A stretch of 64,000 nt of DNA from Candidatus Anstonellales archaeon (GTDB lineage: Archaea > Micrarchaeota > Micrarchaeia > Anstonellales > J096): positions 336,843 through 400,842 of the forward strand of contig JAWAFI010000001.1 in assembly GCA_038890615.1 (NCBI GenBank), in the 5' to 3' direction. Numbering within the stretch: position 1 is the stretch's first letter; each line of letters opens with the position of its first letter. Below, piece after piece: positions 30,411 to 39,848 of this stretch. Below the pieces are notes generated by a model. That model made no database searches and was not told the origin of the DNA. It saw nothing but the letters and a program-made list of their open reading frames with translations. The position numbers and the translations under genes were made by a program.

Positions 30411-31094
30411 TCAAATATAAGCTGGCAGGTTGTAAAAGAGAGATATAAGCACAATCAAGGAGTATTGGATTGCATAAGAGGACAGGGGATACCTACCCAT
30501 CAAAGAAATTATCGGAGCCTTAACGCTGCTTTTCTCAAGCTGTTTTGTTGCAAATGCAGCAATTGGAGTGCAGAGCGAGGTATAATTGTATGGTGCAGGC
30601 AGGAGCAAGGCAGCAGGCAAGAAAACCAGCGAAACCCAAGGGCTGCTGCCTTTTCTTATAAGCATGCCAAGAGCAGCCTGCGAGAAGACAAGAGGTAGCG
30701 GGTAATCAAAAAAATAAGAGGTTGGATCAAGAGGGTAAAGGAAAACTGCTGGAAGAAGCAGCGCAAGCGCCTCTCCAAACAAAATGCACAGAGCATAAAC
30801 AGCAAGGAAGCTTGCAAGTATCTCCACCTTCCTCATTATTGGCAAATAAAAGAAGTTAACAAAAAACGCAACAAGCAAAATATCCACTGCCCTAACCATA
30901 AGCCTTTCCCTGCCCCTCCCAACAAGGAAATAACCTATAAGCACTGCGAATATTGGCTCTGCCAACCTTGTTAAAATCCTCAGATTGCTTGTCTCAACTG
31001 GCTGGAACAGCACTATCGCAAGGAAGTGGTCAAGCACCATCAGCGATATGGCTATGCCGCGAAGGGTATCAAGGCCTTCCTTTCTTTCCATCAC
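30411..31094 (-). CDS. TraX-like membrane acyltransferase
   Basis: DTLRGIAISLMVLDH...TRLAEPIF; multiple TM helices. Confidence 0.65.
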   Translation of the reverse strand: MMERKEGLDTLRGIAISLMVLDHFLAIVLFQPVETSNLRILTRLAEPIFAVLIGYFLVGRGRERLMVRAVDILLVAFFVNFFYLPIMRKVEILASFLAVYALCILFGEALALLLPAVFLYPLDPTSYFFDYPLPLVFSQAALGMLIRKGSSPWVSLVFLPAALLLPAPYNYTSLCTPIAAFATKQLEKSSVKAPIISLMGRYPLSSYAIQYSLIVLISLFYNLPAYI

Positions 31095-31138
31095 TAACCT
31101 ATGCGCATCATTATTAAGATTTGCTGTTATTTATCATA

Positions 31139-32404
31139 ATGGAATTTAAGGATTTGATAAAGAAAGGCACGCTACTCTTATCCATAGAGAGGGCAGGCTT
31201 CAGGAAGCCAACAGAGATACAAGAAAAGGCAATACCGCCTCTCCTTGAAGGCCAGGATGTGATAGGAAAGGCAAGGACCGGCACAGGAAAGACAGGCGCG
31301 TTTGCGCTGAGCATGCTAAGCAGCATAAAGCCCTATCTTTATGGGCTTATAGTAGTGCCTACAAGGGAGCTATGCTTGCAGATAGTTGATGAGTTCAAGA
31401 AGCTTGGAAGGAATGAAAGGTTCAGCATAGTTGCGGTATACGGAGGGGTTTCAATAGGAAGGCAGGCTGACCAGCTTAAGCACGCCAGCATAGTTGTAGC
31501 CACGCCTGGAAGGCTGCTTGATCATATAGGCAGGGGCAACATAGACCTATCAAAGATAAGCTTCTTAGTATTGGATGAGGCAGACAGGATGCTGGACATG
31601 GGCTTCATAGACGACATAAGGGAAATACTTAGACATCTTCCTGAAGACAGGCAATCTGCGCTTTTCTCAGCAACTCTACCTCCTGAGATAATAAGGCTTT
31701 CGCAGGACTTTATGCGCGACCCAATAACAATTGATGCAATAGGGGACAAGCACACAGTAGAAACCTTGGCGCAATACTATGTCCATGTGCCCCAGAACAG
31801 GAAGGTGTCTGCGCTTGCAGAGCTACTCCGCACAAGGAAATACGATGCTGCGCTTGTATTTACCAGGACAAAACGCACTGCTGATTTCCTTTTTCGCATT
31901 TTGTCAAAGGAGTTTAAGGCCTCAAAGCTTCATGGGGATATGAGCCAGAAAAACAGGGAGAGCTCAATCACGAGCATGCGCAAGGGCCATTCACAAGTGC
32001 TTATAGCAACAGATGTTGCAGCAAGGGGCATTGACATCTCAAGCATTGACCTTGTAATCAACTACGACATCCCGGAGGATTCTGACTCTTACATACACAA
32101 GGTAGGAAGGACTGCAAGGGCTGATGAGAAAGGGGAGGCAGTGAGCATAATCTCCAACATGGAAGAGCATAGGAGGATTGAGGAATACTCTTTCAGGACA
32201 AGGGCGCCGATAGAAGAGATAAAGGTTGCTGACTCTTACAAAGGGCGCGAGTATTATGAGCCAAGGCAGGAGGACATCGTGTTGAGGAGGCCAACCTTTG
32301 GCGTTGTTGAGAGGCGCAGAAGCACAGGCTCACACAAAAGAAGAGTTTATGGAAGGACCCAAAGTGGCAGGGGCCATGGCCACGCAAGGGGAAGGCGTGG
32401 CTAA
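31139..32404 (+). CDS. DEAD-box RNA helicase
   Basis: PTEIQ, TGTGKT, PTREL, TPGRL, DEAD, SAT, ARGID and HKVGRTAR motifs; RG-rich tail. Confidence 0.96.
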   Translation: MEFKDLIKKGTLLLSIERAGFRKPTEIQEKAIPPLLEGQDVIGKARTGTGKTGAFALSMLSSIKPYLYGLIVVPTRELCLQIVDEFKKLGRNERFSIVAVYGGVSIGRQADQLKHASIVVATPGRLLDHIGRGNIDLSKISFLVLDEADRMLDMGFIDDIREILRHLPEDRQSALFSATLPPEIIRLSQDFMRDPITIDAIGDKHTVETLAQYYVHVPQNRKVSALAELLRTRKYDAALVFTRTKRTADFLFRILSKEFKASKLHGDMSQKNRESSITSMRKGHSQVLIATDVAARGIDISSIDLVINYDIPEDSDSYIHKVGRTARADEKGEAVSIISNMEEHRRIEEYSFRTRAPIEEIKVADSYKGREYYEPRQEDIVLRRPTFGVVERRRSTGSHKRRVYGRTQSGRGHGHARGRRG

Positions 32405-32408
32405 AGAA

Positions 32409-33359
32409 TCACCCTAAGATATAATTGAAGAAGTATCCAGTAAGTACAAACGAAATGAAAAGGCTAACCACAAAGATTGCAAGAAGCTTTGGCTTAAGCA
32501 CCTTCCGCAGTATTATTATTTCAGGGAGGGAAAGCCCTATAACACTCATCATGAATGCAAGCGCAGTTCCTATGGCGACCCCTTTTGAAATAAGGACTCC
32601 AATTATTGGAATCATGCCTGCTGCGTTTGAGTAAAGGGGTATTCCTACAAGCACTGCTAGAGGCACTGCCAGAGGGTTGTCCTTTCCTGCTACTGAAGCA
32701 AGGAAGTCACCAGGGGCATAGCCATGTATTATCCCTCCTATTCCAATACCAACTAAAAGGTAAGGCAACACCCTCGTTGTTATGTCCTTTGATTCAGAAA
32801 TTCCAAATCTAACCCTTTCCTTCCAATTCATCTGCTTTTCAACAACCTCATTTGCCTTTATCTTGTATACAAAGTCTTCAACTTCGCTTTCAAGGCCCAT
32901 CCTGCCTATGGCTATCCCCGTAGCTGATGCAATGATAATTCCGCTGCCTATGTAAAGTGTTGCAATCTCCCATCCAAACATGGCCAGAAGCATTGTTGCT
33001 GCAACCTCATTTATCAATGGGGACGCTATCAGGAAAGAAAAGGTTACGCCTAGTGGAACCCCTGCCTCTACAAAGCCAATGAAAAGAGGAACTGCGGAGC
33101 AGGAGCAAAAAGGTGTAGGTACCCCAAGTAACGCTGCCATCACATTCCCAATCCCTTCTCTCTTCCCCCCAAGCCATTTCTTCACCTTTTTAGGGGTAAT
33201 GAAAGTCCTTGCTATGCCTATAAAAAACACAACTGCTGCAAGAAGCAAGGTCACCTTTATTGAGTCATAAACAAAGAAGTTTATTGCAGAACCAAGGCTG
33301 CTTTCTTCTGATAGCCCAAGCAATGAATAGGTTAACCAATCCGCAAACTCCTTTATCAT
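32409..33359 (-). CDS. arsP: ArsP/DUF318 family permease
   Basis: TPFCSCSAVP, FLIASPLINE, GIPLYS and LSLPE motifs; in an arsR operon. Confidence 0.88.
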   Translation of the reverse strand: MIKEFADWLTYSLLGLSEESSLGSAINFFVYDSIKVTLLLAAVVFFIGIARTFITPKKVKKWLGGKREGIGNVMAALLGVPTPFCSCSAVPLFIGFVEAGVPLGVTFSFLIASPLINEVAATMLLAMFGWEIATLYIGSGIIIASATGIAIGRMGLESEVEDFVYKIKANEVVEKQMNWKERVRFGISESKDITTRVLPYLLVGIGIGGIIHGYAPGDFLASVAGKDNPLAVPLAVLVGIPLYSNAAGMIPIIGVLISKGVAIGTALAFMMSVIGLSLPEIIILRKVLKPKLLAIFVVSLFISFVLTGYFFNYILG

Positions 33360-33595
33360 TTGGCACCCTCTACTATCCTCCTAAGCTCCTCTACCTCCGG
33401 AATACTTCCTTGGCAAACAATTTCACTATCTATCACCAGCGCCGGGGTTGAAATCACCCCGTATTCTGCGATCTTTTCATAGTCCTGCACCTTCTCTATA
33501 TCTGCTTTTACTCCTGCAAGGTCAAGAGCTCTCTTTACATTTTCCTCAAGCATTCTACATCTTTTGCACCCGATTCCCAATACCTTTATTTTCAT
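33356..33595 (-). CDS. Small thioredoxin-fold redox protein
   Basis: MKIKVLGIGCKRC...YGVISTPALVID. Confidence 0.9.
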   Translation of the reverse strand: MKIKVLGIGCKRCRMLEENVKRALDLAGVKADIEKVQDYEKIAEYGVISTPALVIDSEIVCQGSIPEVEELRRIVEGAK

Positions 33596-33596
33596 A

Positions 33597-33839
33597 TTAC
33601 CACCTAGCAATATCTTTGAGCACATTCAACCCTTTTTTGGATAGGGAATAAATTCTTCTTGACCCCTCCTCCCTAACCTTTACCAACCCAGCCTCTAGGA
33701 GAACTTTTAGATGCTGGGAACAAGCCGGCTGGCTTACCTTAAGGTGACTTAGAAGTCTGCATGCGCACTCTTCACCCTTGGCTAGCCTTTTCATTATTTT
33801 AAGCCTGTTTATATCAGCAACTGCCTTCAGCACTTTCAT
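33597..33839 (-). CDS. arsR: ArsR/SmtB family regulator
   Basis: KAVADINRLKI...ECAC...SQPACSQHLKVLLEAGLV. Confidence 0.92.
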   Translation of the reverse strand: MKVLKAVADINRLKIMKRLAKGEECACRLLSHLKVSQPACSQHLKVLLEAGLVKVREEGSRRIYSLSKKGLNVLKDIARW

Positions 33840-33845
33840 TTAATT

Positions 33846-33867
33846 CATATAAGTATAAACTTATATG
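33846..33867. promoter_or_regulatory. Putative ArsR operator (perfect 9-4-9 inverted repeat)
   Basis: CATATAAGT-ATAA-ACTTATATG between a TATA-like TTTTAAAA and the arsR start. Confidence 0.8.
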
Positions 33868-33881
33868 TTTTTAAAACTTTG

Positions 33882-35009
33882 TTAATAAAGCGTTTCCTCT
33901 ATCTTATAGAATTTCTCAGAAATGGGCCCAACAAGGAAGAAGGAGCCAAAAACAAGCACGCGCTCATGCTCCAATGCTTTTTCTAATGCCTTCCACATGT
34001 CTGGCTCTGCAGAGCATCCTAGCTTATCAGCAATCTCGCTAGCAGGCGTGCATTCCATAGGCCCTGGGAATTCAGTTGCTATTATCTCCTTTGCTTTTTT
34101 AGGCATGAAAATATTTTCAACTTTTTTTCCTTTTCTGCATGCGAACACAACTGCCAAGTCCTTTTCCTTGTAGCAGTCAATATGCCTGCTTACCTTTTCC
34201 CAGCCTGCAGGATTCTTGGCCACATCAAGTATTATCCCGCCAACCCTTTCAAACCTGCCATGGAGCTTTGCGCTGGCAATACCCTTTTCGATTGCATCAC
34301 CCCCAACCCCAATGATTCTGCACAATGCTGATGCAATTGCTGCGTTATCCTTCTGCCAAGGCCCTTCCATCCCTATTTTGCCAAAATAAGGGGCAGGCCA
34401 GATAACCTTTCCTCGCATTTTCCTTATCTCTTCAAGCGCCTCCCCTTGCTCAAGGGTTATTGCTGTTATGCCTTCTTTGATTATCCCTGCCTTCTCTTTT
34501 GCTACTTCCCTTAAAGTGCTTCCCAATATATCCTCATGATCCATTGAAACTGATGTAATTGCCACAGCCTTTTGCTTGCTTATTGATGTAGGGTCATGTG
34601 CCCCTCCTACACCTGCCTCTACCACTGCATAATCAACCCCTTCATCTGCGAAGTAGAGATATGCCATAGCTGTGAGATGCTCAAAGAATGAGAGGTTTCC
34701 TGCTTGCTTAACTTCCTCAAACAATGAGCAGAACCTCTTTTCCCCAATTAGTTTCCTGTTCACGACAATCCTTTCAAGGAGTGTCTGCAAGTGGGGGGAC
34801 ATGAAGAGGCCTGCCTTTAACCCATCTGCCTCCATTGAAGAATGCACCATCGCAGCAACAGAGCCCTTCCCATTAGTCCCAACAATATTGACTGCATCAA
34901 ATTTTTCCTGCGGGTCCCCAAGGTTCTTCAATGCCTTCCTAAACCTCTCTAAATCTGTGCCCATCTTAGGCATTGAGTAAAGAAAATCTCTTACCTCTTC
35001 AAAGCCCAT
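33882..35009 (-). CDS. folC: Folylpolyglutamate/dihydrofolate synthase
   Basis: GTNGKGS, SPHL...ERI, EAGVGG..D, DHEDILG and FGSFFL motifs. Confidence 0.92.
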   Translation of the reverse strand: MGFEEVRDFLYSMPKMGTDLERFRKALKNLGDPQEKFDAVNIVGTNGKGSVAAMVHSSMEADGLKAGLFMSPHLQTLLERIVVNRKLIGEKRFCSLFEEVKQAGNLSFFEHLTAMAYLYFADEGVDYAVVEAGVGGAHDPTSISKQKAVAITSVSMDHEDILGSTLREVAKEKAGIIKEGITAITLEQGEALEEIRKMRGKVIWPAPYFGKIGMEGPWQKDNAAIASALCRIIGVGGDAIEKGIASAKLHGRFERVGGIILDVAKNPAGWEKVSRHIDCYKEKDLAVVFACRKGKKVENIFMPKKAKEIIATEFPGPMECTPASEIADKLGCSAEPDMWKALEKALEHERVLVFGSFFLVGPISEKFYKIEETLY

Positions 35010-35484
35010 AAAAATCCCTTCGCAATGATGCAATTGCACATATGCCTGTAATTAGGAGAGCTGCAGCAAGAGGGCATGCTCCACCAGGCCCTTTGCCCTT
35101 GTCAATCACATTGTCAACAGACAAGAAGTAGCCGCTGAACCACTCATCTCCCCTGAATTGCATGCTGCCGCTTATCCTGCCGCCTGCATAAAATGGGTTT
35201 GCCTCATATTCCTCCTTGCCTACAATTATTTTTGATTCCTTTGAGCGGCTTATGTATTCCCAGTCGCATCCCCTACCATTGACATACTCCTGCGTAGTAT
35301 AATTTTCTATATTGAGCTTGACAGAGTAGTACTCTATTCGGCGCTTTTCCCCAAACATACTGTTTATCTTCTGTTGCACATGCTCTACAGAAGCCACTTC
35401 AGCAGTTATGCTGCAAATAGGCATTGGAGCAGCAGGAACTGCCCAGGCGAAGCCCAAGAGCAAAAGGGCAACAGCATATTTCAT
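34999..35484 (-). CDS. Secreted protein with C-terminal Cys-containing sorting/anchor segment
   Basis: Signal peptide; C-terminal GPGGACPLAAALLITGICAIASLRR. Confidence 0.7.
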   Translation of the reverse strand: MKYAVALLLLGFAWAVPAAPMPICSITAEVASVEHVQQKINSMFGEKRRIEYYSVKLNIENYTTQEYVNGRGCDWEYISRSKESKIIVGKEEYEANPFYAGGRISGSMQFRGDEWFSGYFLSVDNVIDKGKGPGGACPLAAALLITGICAIASLRRDFYGL

Positions 35485-35626
35485 GCCTTTCCTTGTGCAT
35501 TACCATTTTAAACCCTTACAGAACCTTTAACCCACCATCTAACTTAATTCAACCATTAACAGTCAATCTCCAACACATTACCTGTTTTAGGCATACATTT
35601 TTAAACAAAATACCACAAACAAAATT

Positions 35627-35998
35627 ATGGGGGAACTTCAGTATAGGTTAAGAAGAGGGCGACCTATAGACACTGTTAAGCTTCCAATGCCATTGCTTGA
35701 CAGTGGAGCAGTAGGGAATGAGATATTTGCAAAGAAAGTAGAGAATTTGATAGCCAGCAGGGTGATTCCAAGGGAAGATGCAAGGGCTCCATTAATCGCA
35801 TTGCGAAACAACAACAGGCAGATGGCTCTGGAATCCATAAAGGGGCTCCTAATGTCCCCTGATCCTGACAAAGTAAGCTCAGGTATAGAACTTGCAAGGG
35901 CTTGCAAGGCAACTGAGCTCAGCCACATGATTAAACCACTGGAGAGAAGCCCTGCCCACGCAGAGAAGGCAAAATTTGCACTCAGGGACCTTTCTTAG
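35627..35998 (+). CDS. Hypothetical protein, possible HEAT-like helices
   Basis: 123-aa ORF; LLMSPDPDKV...AKFALRDL. Confidence 0.6.
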   Translation: MGELQYRLRRGRPIDTVKLPMPLLDSGAVGNEIFAKKVENLIASRVIPREDARAPLIALRNNNRQMALESIKGLLMSPDPDKVSSGIELARACKATELSHMIKPLERSPAHAEKAKFALRDLS

Positions 35999-36031
35999 CA
36001 TCCTTTTTAGTAAACTACTTTTAAGGAATGC

Positions 36032-37324
36032 TTAACCTTCTTCTATCTCTTCTATGGATTCCTTTAGCTTCCTTTCCTTGTCTGCTATTATTCTAACATT
36101 CCCTATATCTTTCCTCCCCCATACTCCGCTTATGCCTTTCTCTGCATTGGCTATCTTTGAATATGCTTCCTCAAGAGTATTTCCCTCTGCATAGAGTACT
36201 AATGACCTGCCCTTCCCTGAGTAAAGCGCCCTGTTTGCTTCGCTTACATTGTGGTGCAGGAGCAAAGCCCCTGACCTTATTATCTCCATCTCATTTATCT
36301 TTACCTCCCTTGGCTGGGTTATCTTTGGGAAGCCAACAGGCACATATACCTTGGCTATGCTCGCCCTGTTTTTGAATTCCAACTCAAACGGCTCTTCATT
36401 CGCCATCCTAACTACAACATCCACCAAGTCCCCATTTATGAGCGAGAGCGCATTTATTCCATCAGGGACCCAGATTGCAGGCACCATCGTTTCAAACGAA
36501 ATGTTTTTGCCTACATGCCAGCCAAACTTGGCAACACCCTTGTAGCCGTGCTCAAGGAGCTTTTTGGATGCCCTCTTGACCGCATCATAAACTTCCTCTT
36601 TTTGTGCTTCGCTAAGGAAAAAGAGCTGCTCTGCAGTATAGCTGCCCATCCCTTTTGTCCCAGGCCCCTGGTTTTCCTCGTAAAGCCTGTTCTCGCTGTA
36701 AATTATTGGGGAAAATTTCATGCTCTTCCCGTTGCTGAACCCGTAAACCGCGAATGCCTGCCCTGTCTCCCTCCCTCTTAAATAAGCTTCCCCGTGCTTT
36801 GATATAACCTTGGCAATAGCCTTCTTTGCTATCGTTGTGCTGTCTTTCTTGTGGTTCCAAAAGTAGTAGTCAAAGTAGCCCTTCATCTTCACTGGCGATA
36901 TGAATACAGAACCTATTTCTTTTGCAAAAGAAAGCGCCTCATCAACGTCTTTTGTTATTTTATGTGGCAAGTGATGCTTAGTGGAGCTTTCTATTATCTC
37001 TGAAAGTTTTTCCCTGTCGGTGCAGCATTCGCACTGCTCTTTTGTTGCTGTAGCTACCTTTACGCCAACCTTCTCAAGGGCATCTGCAAACCCTGCGCTT
37101 ATCGATGGCCAGTCTGTGATTATGCTGTACTCTATGCCTTCCTTGAGAGCCCACAGCGCTGCAGCGCTAGGCGTTATTTTTTCAAATATGAAACTCTTTG
37201 TTGCTATCCTCATTGCCCCTGGGTTTGGCCTTCTTGCAAGCACAAACACCTCTGCTGTTTTTGCGCATGCCCTTGTCAATACATGAACACTTGCCCCGCC
37301 CCTGCCTGCGCACATTATCTTCAT
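36032..37324 (-). CDS. Degenerate PurD-like (GAR synthetase, ATP-grasp) protein
   Basis: PurD length and layout; NQGPGTKGMGSY and GRSL...GNTLEEA...RKDIG, with catalytic motifs altered. Confidence 0.72.
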   Translation of the reverse strand: MKIMCAGRGGASVHVLTRACAKTAEVFVLARRPNPGAMRIATKSFIFEKITPSAAALWALKEGIEYSIITDWPSISAGFADALEKVGVKVATATKEQCECCTDREKLSEIIESSTKHHLPHKITKDVDEALSFAKEIGSVFISPVKMKGYFDYYFWNHKKDSTTIAKKAIAKVISKHGEAYLRGRETGQAFAVYGFSNGKSMKFSPIIYSENRLYEENQGPGTKGMGSYTAEQLFFLSEAQKEEVYDAVKRASKKLLEHGYKGVAKFGWHVGKNISFETMVPAIWVPDGINALSLINGDLVDVVVRMANEEPFELEFKNRASIAKVYVPVGFPKITQPREVKINEMEIIRSGALLLHHNVSEANRALYSGKGRSLVLYAEGNTLEEAYSKIANAEKGISGVWGRKDIGNVRIIADKERKLKESIEEIEEG

Positions 37325-37410
37325 TTGCCCCCCTCCAGAATTTTTTCAATGAATCCAATAACCCTGAAAGCTAATGAGCTCCTGCATTCCTTCAATACTT
37401 CAAACTTCAT
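37321..37410 (-). CDS. Possible 29-aa microprotein
   Basis: MKFEVLKECRSSLAFRVIGFIEKILEGGK; fills the gap exactly, ATGA overlap with the purD-like start. Confidence 0.4.
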   Translation of the reverse strand: MKFEVLKECRSSLAFRVIGFIEKILEGGK

Positions 37411-37414
37411 TTTC

Positions 37415-38404
37415 TTATTCATAGACAACTGAATAGCCTGATGCATTTACTGTTACAATTACTGTGCCTCCTTTGAAGGTCTCATACAACGCTATTCCTT
37501 TTGTGTTCAGCTTATTCTCTATGCTGTACCTGCTGTTTGTTGGTTCGTATGAGGAGCCAGTGATCACTGCCTTCTCAGGCGAAACCTTAAGCAGGAAGAT
37601 GTCTGTTGCGGCAGTGCCAAACCCAGTGCCGTAGTATGGCACCTCAAGGACCTTGCAACCTATTTCTTTGTCAAACTTGTTGGCAAGGTATCCCTGTGCC
37701 CCTCCAAGTATGTTTCCAGTAAGGAGTATGCACGAGCCCCTGTCCCTTATTGCCACAACAATGCCATTGTTCTCCTTCTCTTCCTCCTTGGTTGAGAACA
37801 CAAAGGTGCCGTCTTCTTTCACGTTTGGGTTGTACACAGTTATTTCCATCCCATTTATGCTGTAAGCCTTGGGGTGCCTTACCTTTTCGTAGATCCTTGC
37901 CTTTGCTTTTGCATAAGCTACATTGCCTTCATCGTCCCCTATCCCATTTGTCCACATGCTTTCAATTACGAACTTATCAGCAACTGCTTTGAGCTCATCA
38001 GTCCTGCCAGCAACGCTGTTGCTAACTATAAGGAGTTCAATGTCATCTGCACCTAATGCCTTTATCTTGTCAGCTGTCCCTTCAACCCCAGCGTCAAAAA
38101 GTATGTCAACATCACCTTTCTTTATGTATACTGTTTCCCTGTGCCTGTTGTCATCTGTCTTGAAGAAGTAAACCTTCATTGTGCTTTCAGGGTTGTAAAC
38201 ATAGCCGACAGTGTAATTGCTGCCTTCCACTTCGCCTGAATAATTTGCCTGCCCCCCTACTGTTGAGTTCTGTTGCTCTCCAAGCGTTATTTCGAACTGG
38301 AGGTTTTTCTTTCCACTGCTGCTGCCTCCGCCATCACTTGGTTGCGAAGTGCAGCCAAACATCGCTGCAGCCAAAATAATTAGCAAGATGAATTGCACCC
38401 TCAT
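37415..38404 (-). CDS. ComEC/Rec2-like metallo-beta-lactamase-fold lipoprotein lacking metal ligands
   Basis: MFGC lipobox; ILFDAG, ENNGIV, LLTGN, VSPEKAVIT; His ligands absent. Confidence 0.72.
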   Translation of the reverse strand: MRVQFILLIILAAAMFGCTSQPSDGGGSSSGKKNLQFEITLGEQQNSTVGGQANYSGEVEGSNYTVGYVYNPESTMKVYFFKTDDNRHRETVYIKKGDVDILFDAGVEGTADKIKALGADDIELLIVSNSVAGRTDELKAVADKFVIESMWTNGIGDDEGNVAYAKAKARIYEKVRHPKAYSINGMEITVYNPNVKEDGTFVFSTKEEEKENNGIVVAIRDRGSCILLTGNILGGAQGYLANKFDKEIGCKVLEVPYYGTGFGTAATDIFLLKVSPEKAVITGSSYEPTNSRYSIENKLNTKGIALYETFKGGTVIVTVNASGYSVVYE

Positions 38405-38441
38405 GCATTAAGATGCACTATTAGGTTTAAATACTGAACGG

Positions 38442-39752
38442 TCAGTTGCCCATCAGGACCTGGTATGCTTTGCTTCCTTTGCTTACATAAACCCCCTTAA
38501 GCTTTGGATCAGCCATTCCAACCCAGTCAAGCACTACCCCATCCTTGCCATCTTCAAGCACAACCTCCCATTCCAGCTCTGAAAATTCCAAGCTCTTTGT
38601 GCACCACCCTTGGCCTATTTTGGCATTCCAGAGTATTGCAAGGTCTTCCTCCCCATAAACCCTTTCTCCCATTGCCATTGCCATCTTTTCATTGCTGCAG
38701 CTTCCTTTGTCAAGCTTGCATATCACCAGCCTTATCTTGTCAGCGCTATCGTTTACTAGAATGGATGTTCCCTCAAAGGCAAACTGATTTTCCCCAACCC
38801 TAACAAAGCCCTTGCCCTCTTGGAATTCGCACCCAACAGGGTTTAGCACAACCCTCTCCCTTTCCTTCCCTAGGCAGAGCTTTGAGGAATGCGTTTCATT
38901 GTTGTACTCCAAGCAGGTGGTCAGATAAGTTGAGTTCCCGAATGGAATGCTTAGTGGTCTTAGTTTTGCTTCCCCTCCTAAGCCGCTCATTGCAGGTATT
39001 GGGTCTTTCATTATTATCCTGACCCCTCCTTCCTCAAGGTCTTCCTCCCCTGCATACTCCTTTCTATTCAAGGGGTCGCTGATTGCAAAAGTGAATGAAG
39101 GCGGCTTGGGCTTTTGCCTCTCTACAGAGGTAGCTTCCACTACAAACACCAGCTCATCTTCAGTTGCCTCAAACCTGAAAACAAGCCCGCTTGTCCCAAA
39201 AAGCTCAATCTCCTTTCTGTCTTCTACCTCAATGAAGCTGCCATCCATATAAACCTCAACCCTTCTCATCCCAGTATCGCTTACAGCCCTCCTTATCCTC
39301 CATTTTGAGTCCTTGAAAATCACCCCATCAACAAGCATTATTGAATTCCCTTCTGTGCTTTTTAGCACATCAAAGCATCCTTGGGCACACACTGAAAGCA
39401 AGGAATATTCCTTGCCAAGGAACATCACATTTATGCATTCCTCTGGGTATTCAGCATAGTAAACTGCCTCTAACAATGCCCCCCTGCCCCTAATCACTGC
39501 AGGCACAAGCCTTATGCCTTGCTTTTCTTTTCCTGAGCACCCTCCTTCAAGCATGCTCAAGCTCTCCCCATCAAGCTCAACAGGGCTGAATCTGCCTTCA
39601 TATGCCCTTACCACTACAACGTCCTGCTTTCCTTCTGTTGCGCTTGTATTTTGGCCAATGCTTCTATTGGCGCTATTCCCATCTTCAGGCTGTACGCATC
39701 CCAAAAAAGCCAGCGCAAGACCAAGCGCAACCAAAAGCCATCTCATTGGCAT
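38442..39752 (-). CDS. Hypothetical lipoprotein
   Basis: MPMRWLLVALGLALAFLGC lipobox; beta-rich body. Confidence 0.7.
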   Translation of the reverse strand: MPMRWLLVALGLALAFLGCVQPEDGNSANRSIGQNTSATEGKQDVVVVRAYEGRFSPVELDGESLSMLEGGCSGKEKQGIRLVPAVIRGRGALLEAVYYAEYPEECINVMFLGKEYSLLSVCAQGCFDVLKSTEGNSIMLVDGVIFKDSKWRIRRAVSDTGMRRVEVYMDGSFIEVEDRKEIELFGTSGLVFRFEATEDELVFVVEATSVERQKPKPPSFTFAISDPLNRKEYAGEEDLEEGGVRIIMKDPIPAMSGLGGEAKLRPLSIPFGNSTYLTTCLEYNNETHSSKLCLGKERERVVLNPVGCEFQEGKGFVRVGENQFAFEGTSILVNDSADKIRLVICKLDKGSCSNEKMAMAMGERVYGEEDLAILWNAKIGQGWCTKSLEFSELEWEVVLEDGKDGVVLDWVGMADPKLKGVYVSKGSKAYQVLMGN

Positions 39753-39848
39753 TAATTCGTGGGCATAATTTAAAAACCTTCCAAACAAAAACCATTTTAA
39801 ACCAGAAGCGCAACTTTCTCCATGGCTCTCAAAGAGCTTCAAATAAGG

